Part shown: positions 43,366 to 54,273 of the stretch, one piece after another
Position numbering within the stretch: the first letter of the stretch is position 1
Layout: each line of letters opens with the position of its first letter
Assembly: GCA_049724395.1 (NCBI GenBank)
Contig: JAUGWO010000020.1
Location: 124,001 to 180,077, forward strand
Origin: Spongospora subterranea f. sp. subterranea
Lineage: Eukaryota
Reading direction: 5' to 3'
DNA length: 56,077 bases
Translations under genes and position numbers: made by a program
Notes under the pieces: model-generated
Seen by the model: the letters and a program-made list of their open reading frames with translations, nothing else
The model's database searches: none
Told to the model about the DNA's origin: nothing

Positions 43366-44715
43366 TTAGCGACGCCTTTTGGCATCGGAATGGGGATCCC
43401 TGGAAGGAGATCGCGTTCTCTTGTCCCGTTCTCGATGTGGCAGGTGTTGTGATCTGGATGCAGGAACGTCTCGACGTTCTGCTGATCGATATGTATCACG
43501 GGAATCCCGTCCGTCGCGACTCTCACGATGACCTCGCACATCACGATCACGAACTTCACGCGGGTCGCGAGCGTTCGGGTCCCGCGTCTCACGAACGTCT
43601 CGGAATTCGCGGGCATCCCGCGGTCGCTGTGGTTGACCATTCTATTTGGGACATTAGTGCACAAACGCCAGACGATTACGAAGAAAACGGACTTCACGAG
43701 GTGTACGAGGTCTGGAATCTACCGGTTCAGGTTCCGCGAATCTTGATCCACCTCCAAGTTCGAGGACGTCTGCACTGACAGCTTGTGGTGGACGATGCGC
43801 TGGAGGTACCGATGCCATTGGCGGAACGTTTCGTGGACGGCCATCTGGACCGGGTGGCCCAACACCAGCTAATGTTCTATCTGGGGCTCGAATGCGTTTA
43901 GGCTTTGTCACACTTAACCGCATTTGAACCTGACGTTGACAGTATGTCCTCCATGAATCTTCATCGAATCCTAGAAATGACACATCATGGGATGAAACGA
44001 TTCGTGCACAATCGTAGCCACCAGACCGTAATTGAACCAATCGCTAGGATCAGCCATGGCATGCTTCCAGGGCTTCTCGGGCAAGGCGTCGATATCAACA
44101 TCATAAACAGTTGGGAATGTTATAATTCTGCCGCTGGTGTCAATCGGCGGTGGCATTTCCGGAATCAAATCGCCAACAGCTCGCTGTTGTGCTATATCAG
44201 ATCAATATACGCCGGGCAGAGCCATTTCGGACAACAAACTTTTTGGTTTAGGCTGATCAATGTCCTGCTTGATGGAAACGGTCTCGTCTGATTTGGCAGG
44301 GACAACGGCTCCGTCTTGCGATTCGCTGCGAACGTATTTGTTGGGCGCCACACGAACAGTGGCCGGTTTGGAGGCGTCGGACGAGCCGATTAATACGATC
44401 TTGACATCCTGACCGCTTTCATCGTCACTTTCGTCTTCGGAAGATTCTCCCGAGGTTTCATCTTCCGACAAAACGGCCGGGCCACCATCCTCTGTTGCAA
44501 CTGCATTAGATTGAGCAACGCAGAACAAGGACCTAATGAGAAACTAATCACCTTTCCTCTCAACATTCTCGGCTAGTTCTTTATCAATGTTAAGGATGGA
44601 TTCGGGCTGATCGTTATCCTGTGGTATGGCCGCAGCGGGGTCTTGACGGCCATAAAGAGTCTCGAATAATACATCATCCCCGTCACCGTCGTTTTCCACC
44701 ACGATAGAATCTTCT
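43366..44715 (-). CDS. FIP1: Pre-mRNA 3'-end processing factor FIP1
   Basis: Fip1 motif VDIDALPEKPWKHAMADPSDWFNYG|FDEDSWRTYCQRQ, with an acidic N-terminus and an RD/RE-rich C-terminus ending AKRRR*. The start is unresolved. Confidence 0.9.
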
Positions 44716-45354
44716 GCTTGTACAAAATTTCAAGATTCGAAAAAAAAATATTACATGTGAGAAACGATATCCCATAGATAATAAAGTGGAGTCCGAGTCG
44801 ATATTTGGCAAGAAAAACAATAACAGTATATGAGATATCTATCTGTACAAAAAAACTCTAATAGTCCCAAACTAAATCGTAAAGTGATAGAAAAACTGAA
44901 ATGTTATTACCGCTGTTAAGAAAATACGAATTTACTGGATAGAACAAGATATTATTGCACTATATAATGGTCCTTTGATGGGGAACAACCAGCTGAAAAC
45001 AACAATAACGCGTGTTTGAAAAAAAAACGTGGTGGATGATATTGATTTAAAGCTAACCGTAAAACTGTTGTAGTCCAGTCTGTGGTGTATGATTGGCTTG
45101 TTCAGAGAATATATGGTCTAGTGTAGGAGGAACAGATACGGCAGACGCCTCCTGTTCCTGTACATCAAAAACAGATCAATCAGGTAAAAGTGACGATAGT
45201 CGATAGTAAATAATATGACCATTGAAGCCCCGGTTTAACCCTGAATAATATATATATCGCCTCTGGCCCCAACCAACCACCTTATCACCAAGACCTCGCT
45301 GATCGCCCTCTTTAGCAGTGAAGTTGATCCGCCACGGGATCCGCTGAGTGCCAG

Positions 45355-45576
45355 GGAGGGCGGTGGGTCAAGGGCGGTGGGCCAAGGGCGGTGGGCCAAG
45401 AGCGGTGGGCCAAGAGCGGTAGACCAAGGGCGGTGGGGCAAGGGAGGTAGACCAAGGGCGGTGGGCCAAGAGCGGTGGGCCAAGGGCGGTGGGCCAAGAG
45501 CGGTGGGCCAAGGGCGGTGGGCCAAGAGCGGTGGGCCAAGAGCGGTAGACCAAGGGCGGTGGGGCAAGGGCTAACA
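45355..45576. repeat. G-rich minisatellite, 15-bp unit, ~14 copies
   Basis: Unit GGGCCAAG(G/A)GCGGT, with variants AGACCAAGGGCGGT and GGGGCAAGGG. Confidence 0.95.
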
Positions 45577-46055
45577 ACGGGGGCCAGATGGAGTAATAAC
45601 CACCGCCATGATGGGTCAAGGGCTAACAGCGGAGGGAGATCTCTCTCCTGGGCCTGTACCAGTTTTAGTGAACCGCCATATACACTGAGAAGATTGGTAA
45701 AAGACCCAGAATTTAAGTACTGAAGCGAGGTGAATTGCCATTTTTATGCAATGTCAAACAAAAGAAGAAAAAGAAAGCAGAGGAAGAAAAATCGTCGTTG
45801 AACATGGCGGGAGGCAATACAGGTCAAGCAGTTTTTGTTAATCAACTGGGACAATTCGTGGGGACCCTTCTACATCATGCTCATGACTGTTCCTGACTTT
45901 CATTAACCAGTTCAAATCTGGTTCTGACCATGGATAACCGGGTTTTGCTCAGATTGGACTATGGTCTATGAGGGAGTTGATATTGTACGTTGCTGTCTAT
46001 TGACGCTCGAATGGCGCCTGGGCTTATAACCTGATTCATTAATCAACGATTGTTG

Positions 46056-46200
46056 TTGCGACTATGTGTCGACTATCGCGGCCTGAGCGGGCTCACAATC
46101 AAGAATAGATACCCGCTCCCTTTGGTCAACGAACTAATCAGCCGCCTTCGAGCCACCCTGGTATTCACTAAAATCGATCTACGATCAGCATACAAATCTG
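46056..46200 (+). pseudogene. Ty3/gypsy reverse transcriptase relic
   Basis: [10 protein letters not shown]...[17 protein letters not shown]...[11 protein letters not shown], truncated on both sides. Confidence 0.9.
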
Positions 46201-48689
46201 GTTCGGATTCGTTAAGGCAGAAAATATACTTATAAAAAAACGAACGTCAGCAGGCGAAAATGAACCGCATCACGTACATTGTTAATCCACAATCGGTGGC
46301 GGTCAGATTCACGAAGTTCTCTCATTCAGTTGATCATAATGAAACCAAACGGTTACAAGTTTGTAAACAACGGCGAGAGACAACATGGTCATCACCAGGT
46401 GCCTGTAGTCTGTTTGGTTTCTGCCAGGATATAGATGCTGTGTAGAGACGCTTCACGTGCCAAGCGCATTGCTCAGAAGCAGCCCCAAGGTTCTCGTGTT
46501 AAACTGCCTTGAACATTGGGACAGCTGTGAAAGTGTTAGTAGCAGTTTCCCAACTACGAATCGCTTCCTGAGAATGGTCAACGTCTCATTGATCAAATTG
46601 TTTAGGCGACCCGTCGACCACTTGTCGCTCCAATATTATAATGTCGTCATGATCTATTTTCGGGTAATAATAGCCATTGAGGTACTTCGTTGCGTATCGG
46701 CTGTTGACGATAATACAATTCCACCCGCAACCATCAAAAGATTCGTTCCCCTTTTCCTATGCCATCAGACAAACCATCCCATCGAATATCAACGAACTGC
46801 TCATGATGAGAACACAGTTTGATCTGCGATTTCCAGATTTAGTTCCTCCAACCATTCCTTCAGCTGTCCACAATTCTCAGTTGACCACTGGGTCGCCCTT
46901 TATCGCTTCACGTTTGCCGAGTTACGGTTCGGCACCTCTAGGTAGGATCACCATTCAACGTACTGGAAACGTTCCTACAGTTATAAACGCTATAAACAGT
47001 TTTGACAGTTCGCCCCCAGCGATTTTGTACCAGAAAAGAGCATGAAAGCAAAATTTCTACATCTTGCTGAGTCAATTTTTGAGGATTAATGACCAGGAAA
47101 ACCATGTTGATCATGTCCCATTCACGAAGTTTCACCACATTGTCTTTCCTAAGGCCACATCAGAGGCCGCCGAGGATCTCCGAATTTTGATTAGCAAGTG
47201 CTTGTCCGATTCCGGATCAGGTTTCGGCCTGAACATGGGTCCTGAACCTGTCATCTCGCTAATAACACAAAGTGTGTACCAACTTCTGATATTGTATATC
47301 AAGAACAAACTTCCCTCACTTGCTGATTTGAAAAAGGCTAAAAATCGGGGGGGGGGGTCCTCAAAATGCCTGGCTGTACCGACACGAAAGTGACGCTATC
47401 TTAACAATGTATCCTCTTCATGCAGTCGAAATCAAGCAAATATTGCTCCATATCAGCAACGTGATCCGCTCCACAAGTCGTTATTATGTGCAGATTTTTT
47501 CTATGAACTTCTGTTTACAAGCGGATTTTGTATTATTGTCGCTATGCGGTATGGAGGAAGACGAAGCCATTCAATACGTTGCCCCGGCCATCATGCGCTG
47601 GTTCATTTCTGACAAGCGATCCGGAAAATTATAAAATACTCAAAGGACTAACAATCTGTTTTTCTCTCTACCGTTTCATTGAGAAGCGTCAAGCTGGGAT
47701 CGTAAATGAAGCCACGTTCCAGCTCCAGCGCCTACCTGAATCTTTGAAAGTCAGTACTATTCCTCAAATCACAGAGAATTCTCAAGCCCCTATTCCCAGA
47801 AAAAAATTACCTAATCCTCGAGCCAGAAATGATCGAAAAGCAAAGGCTACTCCTTTAGCCATGGCTATTCGGGATCAAGCCAAATCTATTCGGGAAAAAC
47901 AGGCTTTCGGTCAAGTTAATACTAGTCGGAAAAAGTCAATTCCTCAAGTCAATACTGTCAGAACCAACGAGACTCCTTCGATGCCACACCGGCGATTTAC
48001 CCTGTTCTATAACTGGCATTAATTCAATACAAAAGTACTTTGGCCATTTGAGGTGGTTGTTTTGAACAGCAACTTTTTACCGGGATCAGCCAATCCCCGA
48101 TTTCGTTCAACAGTCGCGATAGGTAATGAATGGCCTGTCGGCCTTTATTGAGAATCGACGCATCTGGCTCGATGGCTTTCGGTCTACGTTGTTCTTACGA
48201 CTGCAAAACGCGAGTATACAAATTAGTGGTCGACATTTGTATTTGAGCCATCGAAGCATACACCCAAAAGACGTTGAGAGGGATCTAAATATTTACGAAA
48301 GCGTTCTTCGATTCTGGCGACTTCTGTCTCAGTTTGCTGGATTCGATTTGACGATTAGTCATTGCATTGTGCCACTTCTATTCAATATTAATATTTCCTG
48401 CACACGTTCGCGTCAGATGATAAAGCCGAGGCCGACAGTTCTTCTATCATTGATCTTCTTTTTGAGAAGCCGCTTTAGCCTAATTACGATTCCTCAAGTT
48501 GCTGATTGATTCGGGACGCCGATTCAATCAAATCGTAGTCTGCAAATCGGTGCTGGCGTTAAAGGTTCCCGCTCAAACAAGAAAGACAGCAAACGCAAGC
48601 AAGACAGCATAGAGAACGCTAAGAAATTCGAGAACAAGCTGAAAAAGCACCAAGACGATCATTTTGCAGAAGAAAAAGAGCAGCAAGCT

Positions 48690-48830
48690 GGCCATGCTGA
48701 AAGCGCAAGGAATCAAGGTCAAGAACGATCCCAAGCTGAAGAAATCGCTGAAATCGCAAGAAATCAAGAAGCAGCATAGCGCCAAGAAGTGGTCGAGTAG
48801 GAAGAGGGTTGAATCCAAGGAGAACAAGTG
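48690..48830 (+). pseudogene. SURF6/Rrp14 C-terminal fragment
   Basis: LAMLKAQGIKVKNDPKLKKSLKSQEIKKQHSAKKW resembles the SURF6 family signature. There are in-frame stops just upstream and an early stop at 48828-48830. Confidence 0.7.
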
Positions 48831-49409
48831 AAAGCCAAGGCGGTACGGGCGGCGATTGAGTCATAACAAACTTCATTGCACCCAGATGATATTCCTCCAG
48901 GGATTTAGCGAGTTATCGCCAATCTGCCATCGTTGTAGTTGAATGTTGCCCAATCCCATTGTGCAAGTATATTCCACCAAACGGATCGAGCCGAATTCGT
49001 ATGTATAAAAAAGCATTGGTGTTGTACAAAATTGTCATCGAGACGGGGGCTCTAGAAATTGCTCGAAACATCTTTCATTAGTTGCGCTGATAACACGATT
49101 GGTGAGGCTCGCAGACAATCTGGTTCTGATAGCGTACTTTTATTGATTGATCAATGCTTTTCCACCATGGCTGATTGTTAGGAATACAGTATTCCATATA
49201 TTCCTAAGGGTGTGTCTGGATGACGCATAATATCATGATAAAACTCCGTGTCACCCATGATTTATCCGAACCCCATGAGTTTGCCAAGATAGGGGTGTCT
49301 GGATGTCAAATATCAAGGACTTAAACCCACGGAATTATCATGGGTTAAATATTGAGGTCCGCACCTCAATATTTAACCCATGATATTATTCTAGACTCCG
49401 TGGTTCATC

Positions 49410-50428
49410 ATGGGCGCTGATCGTGTTCGAGCCAGCTGGACAAACGACATGGACGAATGTTGGATCTCAGAAATGATTCATCAAGCGAATGTTCTTGGCA
49501 AAAGGGCGCAATCTGGCTTCAAACGGGAGGCGTGGGATGCCGCCGTCAAAATTTTAAATAACAGGTTCCAAATCAATTATGATCGGGAGCATGTAAAAAC
49601 CCGTTCAATAACCGTACGTTCTGCATGGCTAGAATCGTGTTTTAGTATTAAATGGCAGTATCAGCTGAAAAGGGATTTTGATACAGTAAATAGAATCAAA
49701 AACCTGAGTGGGTTCGGATGGGATGACCGTCGGTATCTGGCGACAGCACCTACTCTTGTTTGGGAGGAATACATCGCCGTATGGTGTTGAAGGTCGTATC
49801 AGCAACCATATTTGATAACCATCGTTTAGGCACATCCGAGGTGTAAAAAATGGATGACAACATCCATGCCATTGTTCCCGTTACTTCAGCAACTGTTTGA
49901 AGACGTTATCGCAAACGGGGAATTCGCTTATTCTGCCGGCGCCAGAGCGTTATCGGATCAGGAGGATTCTATTTCCGCCGATGTTTCCGTAGATATTTCG
50001 TCTAACAGCAGTTCGGGCTCTTCTGCATCGGAGAAGCGAACCCCGACTCGAGAAATAATTATGACGTCTCCAGCCCCGACCATAAAAAAGCTTCAGACTC
50101 CAAAGTCTACATCCAGCGCGAACACATCCAAAAAACGTGTTGCTAAGAGCAAACAAAACGGGGCCATGGCTCTGGCGCAAGTAATGACCCAGGCAAATCT
50201 CTTGTCCCAGCAAGAGTTGGAGTTTTTCAAAACCAGCAATGTATTTCGGAAAGAAAACTCGGACACGGTTGATGCGCTGGCGATTGTTGATGAACTGGAG
50301 ATGACAGATGAAGAGCGCCTAGATGCTTACGATGTGATCTGGCGGACGAAAAAAAGGCAACTCTGTTTACTCATATGAAACCAGCGATGCGGCGCCTGTG
50401 GCTGTTTAGACAATTGAAGTGTATTTAA
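49410..50428 (+). CDS. Harbinger Myb/SANT-like DNA-binding protein
   Basis: ASWTNDMDE...GFKREAW...LKRDF...SGFGWDD...VWEEYIA|AHP, with two introns. A probable frameshift near 50337 precedes a ...MRRLWLFRQL tail. Confidence 0.85.
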
Positions 50429-50457
50429 ATTAGTCATTAATTTTTCTATTGTCGCCG

Positions 50458-51732
50458 TCAGTGTCGTGCTAAATAGCTTTGGTAATCCTTGAACATCGTT
50501 TCAGCAATTTCGGCCCGAAATGCTCGCGCCTCAGCACTGGCCTGGGCAGAACACGGTGACACGTTTTTAATTTTAGATCGTTGAATGTCTAAGGCTAAAG
50601 CTTCTTGTTCAAAGGAATCATTGCGGCCGCCGTGCAATCGGATAAAATTATGAACTGTACACAGTGCAATTACGATATCAACTTGAAATCGGTACGGGTA
50701 TTGCATGGCGGCGACCAAAACAGGAAATCGATTTTTCAAAACTCCAAATATCCTCTCAATGCAATTGCGCAAACTTGCGTGCCTTAGGTTAAAAAGCTCT
50801 TCCTTAGTCTGTGGCCTACAACAAAAGTTGAGTCACGGTTCATACAAAGTTCTAGACGTTCTCACTTCTGTGTTCCTTGTCCCCATTCATGGAGATGATA
50901 TCTCGTCCCTCTGTAGGGAGTTAGCATGTAAGGAGTCAGCGCAAAACCAGCATCTCCCAGGTCAAACTTTCCTTTATCAACTCGGTAATCATTCACAAGA
51001 GCATTTTCAAGCAATTTGCCGTCCCCTGCCGTGCCCTCCCAGCCAGCCAAGACGTATGTAAATTGTAAATCAAAAGTGCAAGCGGCCAACACATTCTGCG
51101 TCAATCCTTTTCGGCCTCGGAACCGTTGAGCAACATTGGCGGGAACAAATACAGGTAAATGAGTACCATCTATGGCCATCCGACAATTGTCAAAATAAGG
51201 GCTGAATTTGGGATTTTCAGATATTTCACAAGGAATCGCGGCATCTGCTTCCGGAAGCTTTATGTAAGTTGAGGCCAAAGCCACCAAAGCTCTGACGACT
51301 GCGTATAAATGCCTAGAATAAAAAATGAAATATTGCTCTGAAGATTTATGGCAAAAATTACCTAGTTATAGTCTCTCCCGAATGCTGAAATCTCTCCTGC
51401 ATTTGCCTATTGGTTGCCCTTTGGCCCGCAAAATACAAGAACATGACTACCTGCTCTTCGGAGGAGACATTACGAGTGGGTTGTAGTAGCCCAGATTCAA
51501 CCAGCTTGTCCACCAATAATCGAAAAACGACTCGATCCATACGAATAACATGTTTTCTTCTGTGAGGATTGCCGTTCAAAAGTTCTTCAACCTAGCCTGC
51601 CCCTTTTAAAATGGAGGTATGACTGGGCTGCTTGATCAGATATCTCCAGCAGTACCAGCTGAGAATTTGGCGAATTGCACTGTTGCGTTTTCGCCGGGCG
51701 ACCAGTTGCCGTATTGCCAATTGCTGTGACAT
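50458..51732 (-). pseudogene. Harbinger DDE transposase with a premature stop
   Basis: Motifs AIDGTH, AGWEGTAGD, LGDAGF, TPYRGTRYHL and RNCIERIFGVLKNRF, with two introns. In-frame TAG at 51592-51594 within HTSILKGAG*VEELL. Confidence 0.88.
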
Positions 51733-52123
51733 CAACACAATTGCGAAATTCCAAAATTCCCGCCAAAATGCCTTGCGTCAGTCGTCAGGTTATGTCATCC
51801 AGACAGTACGAAACTCACGCAATATCATGGGTTAGGCTAACCCATGATAATGGTACCCTATATCATGGGTTTGGCAAACCCATGATATTGAGTTCCGCGG
51901 ACATCCAGACAGGCCCTAACTCGCGCAGTTCAGACGCAGTTTTCGGACAAGAATTGACCAATGAAGGTCATTCTTGTCAACACCTCGCTCAGGCATCAAT
52001 AAATCGATAGTTATATCAACTGCTCTGGCTTGGACGGTACGTAAACCGAGAAGAGAGAAGTGACGGTACGTAAACCGAGAGGCGTCGCCTCTCGGTTTAC
52101 GTACCGCCACTTCGCCCCACAAC

Positions 52124-53110
52124 ATGTCTAGCCGCGAGCGATCGGAGTCAGTTCCAGCTAGCCCGCACAACCATCGAGGTTTTCAGGTACCGACGGAGCA
52201 TCCACAGTTCCGTCAGTCTGTTCAACCTCAACCTTTGTCGCCGGAGGTCCAGGCGGTATTACAGGCGGCACTAGCTCAGCAACAGCAACAGTTTCAACGA
52301 CAGTTGCAGGAACTGTCGCAACACTACCAGCAACAGCAAATTGATCAGCAGCCTCCTCAGCCAGAACCTAAGGTTCGCCTTCCGGATCCGTTTGACGGTT
52401 CCCGATGCGCCCTGCGAGGGTTCATAAACCAGATTTTAATGGTCATCAGTCGCAAACCCAGAACGTATGCGACCGATTCCGATAAGGTGATGCTGGTGGC
52501 AGACCTCCTGAAAGGGAACGCACTGCTGTGGTTCTCGCCGCTTTTCGAGCGACAAGACCCGATACTGCAAGATTTCCCTGGGTTCGTTCAAGCATTGCGC
52601 GCGAGGTTTGACGACCCGAATAAGTCCACGACGGCAGCCAGACGTTTGGAAATCCTGCGCCAGGGTCGCCGACCGGTTGCCACATACGCCAGCGAGTTCC
52701 AGCTGCTGGTGGAGGACGCAGATTGGGATGGGGCCGCGGCGCAGCATCAATTTCGAAAGGGTCTCAACGAGGAGGTGAAGGATCTACTCCTGACCTGCCC
52801 AGAAGCGCCCGATTTGAACGGGCTCATTGCGACTGCCATCAGATGCGGTGACCGTCTTTTTGAACGCGAACAGGAACGACGCGGTCGTGTTAGTTCGAAT
52901 CCCCACCGTCATTCCAACGGGCCAGTTCACGACCCCATGTGCATCGATTCTGTAAGATCGACAGCCCGCCCTCGACTCGATGAGACGGAACGGGCACGGC
53001 GCCGCGACACCGGGTCGTGCATGTATTGCGGTGACGCCGACCATCCGATAGACGACTGCCCGGCTTTAGCGCAACGCAACCGACGGTTGTCGGGAAACGC
53101 CCGTGGCTGA
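52124..53110 (+). CDS. Ty3/gypsy (Sushi/PEG10-like) Gag, intact, 328 aa
   Basis: Motifs LPDPFDGSR...LKGNALLWF, LRQGRRPVATYASEF, FRKGLNEEVKD and PMCID, plus CCHC knuckle CMYCGDADHPIDDC. Confidence 0.93.
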   Translation: MSSRERSESVPASPHNHRGFQVPTEHPQFRQSVQPQPLSPEVQAVLQAALAQQQQQFQRQLQELSQHYQQQQIDQQPPQPEPKVRLPDPFDGSRCALRGFINQILMVISRKPRTYATDSDKVMLVADLLKGNALLWFSPLFERQDPILQDFPGFVQALRARFDDPNKSTTAARRLEILRQGRRPVATYASEFQLLVEDADWDGAAAQHQFRKGLNEEVKDLLLTCPEAPDLNGLIATAIRCGDRLFEREQERRGRVSSNPHRHSNGPVHDPMCIDSVRSTARPRLDETERARRRDTGSCMYCGDADHPIDDCPALAQRNRRLSGNARG

Positions 53111-53134
53111 TATCTTGCGGGCATATATCAGCCA
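53092..53134 (+). promoter_or_regulatory. -1 programmed ribosomal frameshift signal
   Basis: G GGA AAC heptamer in the gag frame, 5-nt spacer, and 10-bp stem TGGCTGATAT/ATATCAGCCA. The -1 frame is open through to the protease. Confidence 0.85.
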
Positions 53135-53910
53135 ATACACTACATTTTGTCAAAGCTCCCGTCTCTCCCTCACCATCAATTTTCCCTTGTTCCCCAAAAC
53201 CTCTCATAGTCGCATCAACTCACGTTAATAACGCACCGCGTAGATCGATTACACCTCGCGCGTGCGTATCCTGGCACGAAAACAGCCTCCCTAACGTGTC
53301 CTGCTTGATCGACAGTGGTGCATCAGCCTGTTTTATCGACGCCACATTCGCGATACGCAACAAGATCCCCCTGGTCCGTCTCCCCAATCCCCTCCCAGTC
53401 GAAGTTACCGATGGTCGTCAACTCGATCCAATTACCCAAGAAACGCTACCATTACGATTGGATCTTGCCGGTTTCGAATCACTTACGAGTTTTTATGTCA
53501 TTTCCCGTGCTCACTATCCTCTCATAATTGGTATGTCATGGCTTGACCAGCAGAACCCACATATTGATTGGCGAGCTCACACCATTACTCCACGCCACCA
53601 CGACTCCACAGAATACGATACTCCAGCCCCTTTTGACTCCCCCAGGCCACCAAACCCTATATTCGACGTACTTGAGCTCCAAGGCGAATGCCGTCGCAAC
53701 ACCAGACATCACCCTCCCCCAAAAGTACGTTGGTTTTAGCGACGTTTTCAAGAAAAAAAACGCTGACCAACTGCCCCCTCATCGCCCATACGATTGCGCT
53801 ATCAACTTTAAGGAGGAAATTGGACCACTGCCATACAAAAAGGTTTACAAACTCGGCCAGATCGAACAAGAAGTTTTGCGACAATACATCGAAGACAACC
53901 TCGCCAGTGG
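53098..53910 (+). pseudogene. Truncated gypsy Pol (aspartic protease and pre-RT region)
   Basis: Motifs LIDSGASACFID and LIIGMSWLDQQNPHIDW. After a frameshift near 53660: LPPHRPYDCAI...LRQYIEDNLASG. Homology then ends abruptly. Confidence 0.9.
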
Positions 53911-53919
53911 TACTTCTTG

Positions 53920-54273
53920 CGCAATCTATCTATCAAATAAACACTCCTCTTAATGGCCTAGAGCTGCCGCAAGGCATACACTCCGTCTTCGATCGGAAAT
54001 ACATTGTGTGGCGGTCATCTCCCTCTAACGCCATTAACTGTGCGTTGCCAACGCTGGCAACCAACACCGCCAAATAAACACCTTGCGACAGCTCTAGGCC
54101 ATTAAGAGGAGTGTTTATTTGGCGGTGTTGGTTGCCAGCGTTGGCAACGCACAGTTAATGGCGTTAGAGGGAGATGACCGCCACACAATGTATTTTCCGA
54201 TCGAAGACGGAGTGTATGCCTTGCGGCAGCTCTAGGCCATTAAGAGGAGTGTTTATTTGATAGATAGATTGCG
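53920..54273. repeat. Foldback inverted repeat (162/163-bp arms, 29-bp spacer)
   Basis: 53920-54081 is the reverse complement of 54111-54273 apart from a 1-nt indel. Confidence 0.95.

Larger units (their letters stand above)
49208..51916. mobile_element. PIF/Harbinger DNA transposon, full length (2709 bp)
   Basis: TIRs GGGTGTGTCTGGATG and CATCCAGACAGGCCC (13/15 match), TAA target duplication at 49205-49207 and 51917-51919, and two convergent genes. Confidence 0.95.

Noticed and set aside
45355..45576. Possible CRISPR array or telomeric repeat
   Set aside because: Units are contiguous with no unique spacers, there are no cas genes, and the unit is not a telomere motif.
45235..45723. Repetitive Pro/Trp-rich and Gly/Arg-rich ORFs
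   Set aside because: These are translations of the 15-bp minisatellite.
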